A DNA stretch of 64,000 nt from Candidatus Latescibacterota bacterium (GTDB lineage: Bacteria; Latescibacterota; UBA2968; UBA8231). The stretch is taken from assembly GCA_964291625.2 (NCBI GenBank), contig OZ220089.1, positions 3,648,001-3,712,000 of the forward strand, read 5' to 3'. Positions 58,701 to 64,000 of this stretch are shown one piece after another (position 1 is the stretch's first letter; each line of letters begins with the position of its first letter). A program made the translations under genes and the position numbers. A model generated the notes under the pieces. That model was not told the origin of the DNA, made no database searches, and saw nothing but the letters and a program-made list of their open reading frames with translations.

Positions 58701-58937
58701 TGGATCTCTGGGACAGACAAAATCAGAGAGGAATTCGGTACTATCGATCCGTATACCACTTGGGACGTTAGCTTCCTGTGGAGCCTGCCCCGGGGCGCCA
58801 ACCTGGTGCTCTCCGGGATGAACCTGCTCGACAAACGGCCGCCCCTGGTCAATATCGAGCAGGCGTACGACGGCTTCACCCACGATCCCAAGGGCCGGCG
58901 GATCAAGCTGGCCGTCACCTGGGGACTGGGCGGCTGA
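55764..58937 (+). CDS. TonB-dependent receptor with N-terminal carboxypeptidase-regulatory-like domain
   Basis: Signal peptide; LEEVVVTGT, NLRGLGASRTLVLINSRR, RVEVLKEGAAAIYGSDAVAGVANF, NLLDKRPP, DPKGR. Confidence 0.93.
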   Translation: MCIKKNSSIAMLAAAVLLWGGPAGAQGTGGLSVTVVDAGGEALPSALVFIEAIDVGGFSDEEGWLTLDKVPAGEHLVAVELIGYESTTTTVMVVAGETATVEVELAASAVQLEEVVVTGTAIKDSHISSTYAVAVTGREEMAEQGSPQAVDFFKNLSASHGVIGERSSWYNANQAATLSESIANVNLRGLGASRTLVLINSRRQTYVPARLIGGRFVDVNAIPSIALDRVEVLKEGAAAIYGSDAVAGVANFLTRSDFTGLEVSASHEYLAGAGDSDVGAIWGGQLGGAHAVVAAEWRGRSELPSTERDYLLQPWHGGGQRLGWSSLGNPGTFAVGAPAPWTAAIHAPDCEQFGGFRESWTCRFRYQQYENLIEEMSHLRLFSEINGSLADGTEYHFEGLLARADIPNWYTTPSYPPFPLTDTSIMEVAPDHPGRQAFCEEYGAADGDLYHAECQAGENWYFNGRPFGNSGPGRILGRDSSTLRLAASANRDLSFGGRETHFDLGLSWSRTEGNYNLPGVYIERLFLGFRGFGGPDCGVGVEADNTSLAGMRLGPLNGQVAGQGGCQYYNPFGNAIEFTDQHGSSYADRANPNPRYRADLANSPELRNWLADNEVDLQSTADMLVADATLTGTWIEDVASYATGYQFRLLNASGDPNDAGDVTINPCPVVGDTNCSAEDRFGPYAFTNVNNPYDVSQTVHRLFAEIPLSLGSRFDTQLAANYEFHDVASSFDPKLGWRYQIAESSTQSLFLRGSVQTTFRTPSLDDVNTSPLSTLEWINETGAYQTVDRIGSKDLKPERAFTYNAGLVLATEAGLDVTFDYWSYDFSDVIGSMPHGAITALYDENNEALKQFIVCPDGIGTGTCEASALERVQVDIVNWPGVKTSGIDLHLGGRTDTGAAEFSFGLDATYTLEYRAKALMLGNLVLQEEANAAGYLNFGNPIATSLPRLKGRVSTGYAWKAYRLVSFLNYISSYDDRGSWISGTDKIREEFGTIDPYTTWDVSFLWSLPRGANLVLSGMNLLDKRPPLVNIEQAYDGFTHDPKGRRIKLAVTWGLGG

Positions 58938-58941
58938 CGAC

Positions 58942-60066
58942 ATGAGGAGCGGAAAGGCCAGGGACGGCGGGGTCGTCCTCGCCGCCCTGGCCGCCGCTTC
59001 CATCTGTCATGCCCACCCTGCAGGGGAACTGGATCCCGAGCCCATGAACGTCGCGGTCGACGTCAAGCCGCTGCAGCCCCACAAGGGGACCACCCTCGCC
59101 TCCTGCGTCCATCCCCTGATGGCCGCCGCCGGCCGGCCCGAGTGGTCGATGGCGCGTCTCCAGGGCGTCCTGGGCCACGCCTTCCAGTTCGCCATGGAGG
59201 AAGGGGGCGGCATGGTCTTCCACGACAACCTCGACTGGAGCCTGGCCGTGGGCCTGTTGCCGGAGCTGGCCCGGTTCCGCGTGTACGAAGCCAACGACAA
59301 GAGCGTCGATGTCGATTGGCCGGCGCTGAAGGCCGAGGCCCGGGATGCCGCCGTGGCCAGCCTGGAGCGGGGGATCCCGGTGCTGGTGTGGCAGCCCATG
59401 AGCCTGGAGCAGAAGGAGAGCGATCACCCCGCGCATCACGCCTACTGCTGGGGGCTCATCGTCGGCTACGACCCCGAAGGCGAGACCTACACCATCCGCC
59501 ACCCCTTCGTCGAAGTCGACTACATGGTGCGCTACGACGCCCTCGGCCCCGGGGATCCCGGCGGGTGGTTCAACGTCACCGTCTACGAGGGTCCCGCCGA
59601 GGCGGCCGAGCGGGCGACCCACCTCATGGCCCTCCGAAACGCCATCGCCTTCGCCGAGGGGACGCGCTTCGAGCAGGCCGGCCGGCCCCAGACCCGGCCC
59701 CAGGGCCTGGCCGCCTACGAGACCTGGAGCGCCGCCTTCGATTCCGCGGACGTGGTCAAGCAGCCCACGCGCCATCACGCCAAGATCCTGACCTGGCGGC
59801 GGGAGCTCGCCGCCGGGTACATGCGCGAGCTGACGGACCTGCTGCCGGAAGGGGCGGAACCGCTGGCAGCGGCCGCCGCCGACTACGACCGGGAGCACAA
59901 GGCCCTGGTGGCCCTGTCCGCCCTCGTCGACTCCACCCACCAGCGGGGCGAGTACACCGGCGACGAGCTGGCCGAGGCCCGCCGGCTGATCGCCGAGGCC
60001 CTGGAGGCGGACCGGGCGGCCGTGGGCCGGATCGAGGCGGCGCTGGCGATCCTGGACGGGTCGTAG
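58942..60066 (+). CDS. Exported hypothetical protein, possible papain-like (BtrH/C39-like) fold
   Basis: Signal-like N-terminus; ASCVH...LQGVLGHAFQF; LERGIPVLVW; WGLIVGYD. Confidence 0.6.
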   Translation: MRSGKARDGGVVLAALAAASICHAHPAGELDPEPMNVAVDVKPLQPHKGTTLASCVHPLMAAAGRPEWSMARLQGVLGHAFQFAMEEGGGMVFHDNLDWSLAVGLLPELARFRVYEANDKSVDVDWPALKAEARDAAVASLERGIPVLVWQPMSLEQKESDHPAHHAYCWGLIVGYDPEGETYTIRHPFVEVDYMVRYDALGPGDPGGWFNVTVYEGPAEAAERATHLMALRNAIAFAEGTRFEQAGRPQTRPQGLAAYETWSAAFDSADVVKQPTRHHAKILTWRRELAAGYMRELTDLLPEGAEPLAAAAADYDREHKALVALSALVDSTHQRGEYTGDELAEARRLIAEALEADRAAVGRIEAALAILDGS

Positions 60067-60085
60067 CGGCGCCGGTCCCGCGCGC

Positions 60086-60205
60086 TCAGGCCAGGCTCTC
60101 GAGCACCTGTCCAAGCCGCCTGAAGGCCATGGCGGCGGCCCAGCCGTAGCTCAGGACCACGGCGGCGGGCAGCACCAGGTGCTGAAACAGTTCCGTCCGT
60201 CCCAT
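60086..60205 (-). CDS. 39-aa hydrophobic peptide MGRTELFQHLVLPAAVVLSYGWAAAMAFRRLGQVLESLA
   Basis: RBS gaggagg; sigma54 promoter about 35 nt upstream; P13/A15/S19/Y20 align with the two other peptides. Confidence 0.68.
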   Translation of the reverse strand: MGRTELFQHLVLPAAVVLSYGWAAAMAFRRLGQVLESLA

Positions 60206-60240
60206 CGGTTCCCTCCTCTTCTGCGAGATGTCCGGCTCCG

Positions 60241-60256
60241 TGCAAGGCCCGTGCCA
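60241..60256 (-). promoter_or_regulatory. sigma54 promoter
   Basis: TGGCACG-ggcc-TTGCA on the minus strand, consensus -24/-12. Confidence 0.8.
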
Positions 60257-60313
60257 GTCTCTGGGGGGCACCGATCTCCAGCGGCGCCGGACGCGGTCCT
60301 CCAGGACCCCGGA

Positions 60314-60390
60314 GACTGCAGGCCTGCAGTCGTCCCTTGGGCCAGGCACGAGGTGTTCGACAGCGAACACCTCTGTCTCGAAACAGGTCA
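60314..60390. promoter_or_regulatory. Enhancer-like palindromes between divergent sigma54 promoters
   Basis: Perfect palindrome gactgcaggcctgcagtc (60314-60331); gaggTGTtcg-acag-cgaACAcctc (60350-60373); TGT-N11-TCA (60374-60390). Confidence 0.65.
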
Positions 60391-60433
60391 CCAGCGAGGT
60401 CCATCTCGAGCCTGCCACCCAGGGGAACCGGCC

Positions 60434-60449
60434 TGGCACGGTGGTTGCA
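60434..60449 (+). promoter_or_regulatory. sigma54 promoter
   Basis: TGGCACG-gtgg-TTGCA, consensus -24/-12. Confidence 0.82.
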
Positions 60450-60494
60450 AGAGCGAGGGCGTCAACTCACGACCCTTCGCCCGAGGAGGACGAC

Positions 60495-60605
60495 ATGAGG
60501 ACCCTTCGCATCGCCAGAGAGATCGCCGTTCCCGTGGCCATCGGTCTGTGCTTCGCCGGACTGTCGACCTTCGCCCACTACGCCACCGTCTCCCTCACCG
60601 TCTGA
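60495..60605 (+). CDS. 36-aa hydrophobic peptide MRTLRIAREIAVPVAIGLCFAGLSTFAHYATVSLTV
   Basis: RBS gaggagg, sigma54 promoter, paralogue of 47131-47217; followed by hairpin gcggcgg...ccgccgc. Confidence 0.78.
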   Translation: MRTLRIAREIAVPVAIGLCFAGLSTFAHYATVSLTV

Positions 60606-60806
60606 GAGCGCGGCGGCTGACCGGACCGCCGCCTCTCCGGCCCGGTCGCACACCGGCCTTGGTCAAGGTCCACCTTTGCGGGTTCCTTGGGGTGGATCTC
60701 TCGACCAGCGCCATGCGACAGGGCCTCGCCTGGCCGGGCCGCTCTCCCGTCCGTGTGCCATCGGGCGGGGGGCGGCCCACTCCATTCGGCCCGGGAGCAT
60801 CAGTCC

Positions 60807-63800
60807 TTGTCCCTCTGCGACGGCGCGCCCGGACGGGCCATCCTCTTCCTCACATGGGCCCTGGCCGTTTCCCCCCAGACGGCCGGCGCCGTTCCACCGT
60901 ACGTCTGCGCCGAGGCCCTGATCGCCGCCTCGAGCCCGGCCGGGGCGGTCCCTCCTCCCCGGGCCAAGCCCGCCGCTCCCCTCTCGCGGGTCACCGCCCT
61001 CGTGGTCTTCGCTGGCTTCCAGGGCCAGCAACTCGGCGTGCCCTCCTGGGCCGAGTCCCTCTTCGACCTGGACCGTCCCGGCAGCGTCAGCCACTTCTAC
61101 CGGGAGATGTCCTTCGGGAGCCTCACCCTCCGCGGAGTCGTGGCGCCAAGGCGCTACCTCGCCTCGGGCGACGCCATCGACTACGCGGCGGCCCGTGCCA
61201 CGGAACGCGGCCGCTACGCGGAGTTCGTGCGGGAGATCCTGCGCCAGGTGGACGAAGACCTGGACCTCGCCCGGTTCGACAGCGACGGCCCCGACGGGCG
61301 GCCGGACTCCGGCGACGACGATGGAGAGGTGGATCTCCTCGTTCTCCTCACACCCGCCCTGCCGCGCAACTTCATCCTCGGGGGCGCCACCGGGATCGGC
61401 GATCTGGGGCTCCGCGAGGCCGCGGCCACCGCCGACCCGGACTTCGAGGGCAACCCGATCACCTATCGCCTCGGTCTGGTCGCCCAGGGCCGCTCCTTCC
61501 CGGAGGCGGCGGGCACCGTCGCCCACGAGCTGGGGCACACCCTCTTCGGCCTGATAGACCTCTACAACGTGGCCTATCTCAGCCGGGAGGAGCCGCGGGA
61601 CCCGGCCGACGATTCGGCGGGCATCGGCAACTGGGGTCTCATGGGCTGGGGGGCCCTCGGCTGGGGGGGCGGCGACGGACCCGTCGGCTTCTCCGCGTGG
61701 AGCCGTCTCCGCCTCGGATGGTCCCGGGTCACCGAGGTCGACCAACCGTCGCAGGGGATCGTCCTGCGGGACGTGGCGAGAACGGGAGAGCTGGTCCGCA
61801 TCCCTGCCGGCGGGGAGGAGTACTTCCTCCTCGAGTACCGGACCCGCTCCTCCTGGTACGACCGGGGGGTCCCGGCCGAGGGTTTGCTCATCTGGCACGT
61901 CATGAGCAACCGCACCGGCGAGGTCACCAACGCCCACTGGCTGGTCGACCTGGAGTGCGCCGACGGCCGCTGGCAGGAAGGCGGGTTCCCCGTGGGCCGC
62001 ACGCCGGACCCGCTCCACGGCGGCGACAACCTCGACTTCTGGGCGGGGGATGACTCCTACGCCCGGGACCATGGGGGCAACCTCGGCGACGCCACCGACG
62101 TCTTCGGACCCGCCGGGCGCACGGAGTTCACCGCCCACACGAACCCGAGCTCCGCGGACCGGGAGGGCCGGAGCACGTTCCGCGTCACCGGCATCGAGGT
62201 GACGGAGAGAGGGCTCGAGGCGCGGGTCGAGATCGATGGGCCGCGGATCGAGTTCGAGGCCCTGAGGGTGCAGGATGAGACCGGGGACGGCGTTCTGGTG
62301 GCCGGCGAGGAAGGGGCGCTGCGCCTCGACCTCGTGAACCGGGGAGGGCTTCCGGCCCTTGGCGCGACCCTGACGCTGGAGCCCCTGGACGATCTGCTGA
62401 CGGTGACCCCGAACCGCCTGCCCCTGCCCGACATGCCGCCCGACGAGCGCATTCTCGGAGGCGCCGTCGCCGAGCCGCCGCGGCTGCGGGCCTCCACCGA
62501 CTTCCCCTCCTCCCGGGTGGCGCGGCTGCGTCTGACCGCCGAGGCCGACGGCGACACCATCGGCCGGCACCGGCTCGAGGTCCCCCTGATCAGCGCGCGG
62601 CAGGAAGGCCTGCAGTGGCGCCTGCGCGACCCGGACGGAACCGGCCGCATCGACCCCGGGGGGTTCTTCCACCTCGATCTGGAACTGGCCTCGGCCGCCC
62701 CCGCGCTGCTCTCCGGCCTGAGGTGGTACCTGTCCAGCGGCAGCGCCGGCATCCGCAGGGTGTCCGCCGGCACCGTCGAGTTCCGCGCCGACGGCGGCCA
62801 GGGCGCCCGCAGCTCCCGCACCCCGGAGTTCCTCGCCCTGACCGAAGCCGCCGGACGGGAGGCCGACTTCGTCCTGGAGGTGCGCACCCCCTTCCAGGTG
62901 TGGACGGACACCGCGACCTTCCGGGTCACCCGGTCCCGCGACCTGACCCCGCCCCGGGTGACCGGCACACGCGTCTCCCCCGTGGAGGGCGGGTTCAGGG
63001 TGCAGGTGCACCGCCGCTGGATCCTCGACGGAAGCCGCATCTCCCGGGCGGCGGCCAGGATCCACTCCCTGCCCGATTCCAGCCTGGCCGCCGAGGTGCC
63101 CCTGGCCGAGCGGGACGGCGTGTACGAGGCCGAGTGGGAGGGCCCCGCCGCTTCGTACTCCGTCGCCGTGGCCGTCGAGGACGAGGAGGGCAACCTCGGG
63201 TTGAGCGCGCCCTTGTCCATCCGGATTGCCGAACCTGCCGAGGCCCCGCCCGGGCATGTGCCGCCCGGGCCGGCGCCGCCCGGGCCGGTGTCGGCCGGGG
63301 ACTGGTGGGCGGCCGGGCCGGATACGGTCGCCCCCGCCGCCATGCGGCGGACCCACGCGGGGGCCACGATCTGGTACGGCCTGACGGACTCGCAGGTCTG
63401 GCGCTCCGACGACCGCGGGACGTCCTGGCAGCCCACGGCCCTCATGCTCTCAGGGCACGCCGGCCCCGGCGTCATCTACGGCGATCCCGACGACCCGCTG
63501 ATCGCCTACGTCATCGAGAACGGGCACCCCGGCGGCTCCCGTTTCGCCGGCGCCCTGGTCACCCGTGACGGCGGAGTCACCTGGACCCCCATCGCGGTGC
63601 CCGAGGGCGTGTACGTGGCGCTCGTCGATCCCCATCTCCCCGGCAGGCTCTACGGCCTGGCGCCGGAGGCGGTCTTCCTGAGCGAGGACGGCGGACGGAA
63701 CTGGACGGACTTCCTCGTTCCGGAAGCCGTGTGGGCCTCTTCCCATCCGGCGGACCCGGGCCGGACCTACGCCTGGGTGTCCTTGGCCGCGGCCGACTCG

Positions 63801-64000
63801 AGTCTCTGGCGGGTCGGCCACGGAGGCACCTACCCCGTCGGCGGCTTCCTGGCCAACCCCGGTGCCTTCGCCGCGGACCCGTGGACTCCGGGGGGCTTCT
63901 ACGCCGTCGAGGGGAGCACGCTCTACCACAGCCCGGACGAGGGCGGGCCGTGGGAGCCCCGGGGAGCTGTCGGCGGCCACGTCGAGGGGCTTGCCGTCTC
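60807..64000 (+). CDS. 3'-truncated secreted M6 (immune inhibitor A-like) metalloprotease with downstream Asp-box/BNR propeller
   Basis: Open frame missing from the ORF track because it runs off the window. GSVSHFYREMSFG, AHELGHTLFGLIDLY, GIGNWGLMGWG, EYFLLEYR, GLLIWHV, later RSDDRGTSW. The TTG start is tentative. Confidence 0.85.
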   Translation, partial: MSLCDGAPGRAILFLTWALAVSPQTAGAVPPYVCAEALIAASSPAGAVPPPRAKPAAPLSRVTALVVFAGFQGQQLGVPSWAESLFDLDRPGSVSHFYREMSFGSLTLRGVVAPRRYLASGDAIDYAAARATERGRYAEFVREILRQVDEDLDLARFDSDGPDGRPDSGDDDGEVDLLVLLTPALPRNFILGGATGIGDLGLREAAATADPDFEGNPITYRLGLVAQGRSFPEAAGTVAHELGHTLFGLIDLYNVAYLSREEPRDPADDSAGIGNWGLMGWGALGWGGGDGPVGFSAWSRLRLGWSRVTEVDQPSQGIVLRDVARTGELVRIPAGGEEYFLLEYRTRSSWYDRGVPAEGLLIWHVMSNRTGEVTNAHWLVDLECADGRWQEGGFPVGRTPDPLHGGDNLDFWAGDDSYARDHGGNLGDATDVFGPAGRTEFTAHTNPSSADREGRSTFRVTGIEVTERGLEARVEIDGPRIEFEALRVQDETGDGVLVAGEEGALRLDLVNRGGLPALGATLTLEPLDDLLTVTPNRLPLPDMPPDERILGGAVAEPPRLRASTDFPSSRVARLRLTAEADGDTIGRHRLEVPLISARQEGLQWRLRDPDGTGRIDPGGFFHLDLELASAAPALLSGLRWYLSSGSAGIRRVSAGTVEFRADGGQGARSSRTPEFLALTEAAGREADFVLEVRTPFQVWTDTATFRVTRSRDLTPPRVTGTRVSPVEGGFRVQVHRRWILDGSRISRAAARIHSLPDSSLAAEVPLAERDGVYEAEWEGPAASYSVAVAVEDEEGNLGLSAPLSIRIAEPAEAPPGHVPPGPAPPGPVSAGDWWAAGPDTVAPAAMRRTHAGATIWYGLTDSQVWRSDDRGTSWQPTALMLSGHAGPGVIYGDPDDPLIAYVIENGHPGGSRFAGALVTRDGGVTWTPIAVPEGVYVALVDPHLPGRLYGLAPEAVFLSEDGGRNWTDFLVPEAVWASSHPADPGRTYAWVSLAAADSSLWRVGHGGTYPVGGFLANPGAFAADPWTPGGFYAVEGSTLYHSPDEGGPWEPRGAVGGHVEGLAV

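Noticed and set aside
1-64000. rRNA or tRNA genes
   Set aside because: None recognised by eye in the intergenic regions; a tRNAscan/Infernal run would be needed to exclude them formally.

Overview
High-GC bacterial chromosomal window. The gene repertoire (FlgD/T9SS-CTD-like Ig tails, dockerin-like EF hands, plant-type LRR, YWTD and ankyrin repeat proteins, five PhyH-type dioxygenase copies, sulfatase, sialidase, GH2) resembles host-associated, often sponge-symbiotic, Latescibacterota/Gemmatimonadota/Poribacteria-like genomes; this is inference, as no marker gene is present. 1-11.6 kb holds large secreted modular proteins. 11.6-16.1 kb is a lower-GC island with HNH and PD-(D/E)XK nuclease genes amid decayed ISAzo13, IS256 and IS481 remnants. 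16-60 kb is mostly catabolic and housekeeping genes (hemL, msrAB, LarA-like, TonB receptor) interspersed with defence-like singletons (AbiEii-like pair, two AAA_14/DUF4143 ATPases each abutting a palindrome, an orphaned AAA_21 ATPase, a TAG-interrupted nuclease). The best novel candidate is a family of three 28-39 aa hydrophobic peptides (47131-47217 +, 60495-60605 +, 60086-60205 -) that the ORF track does not call at these starts. Each has a strong RBS and a near-consensus sigma54 promoter, they share P13-x-A15-x3-[CS]19-[FY]20, and two carry a conserved tandem TGT-N10-ACA-type enhancer at identical spacing. Domain calls are from motif recognition by eye; no searches were run.
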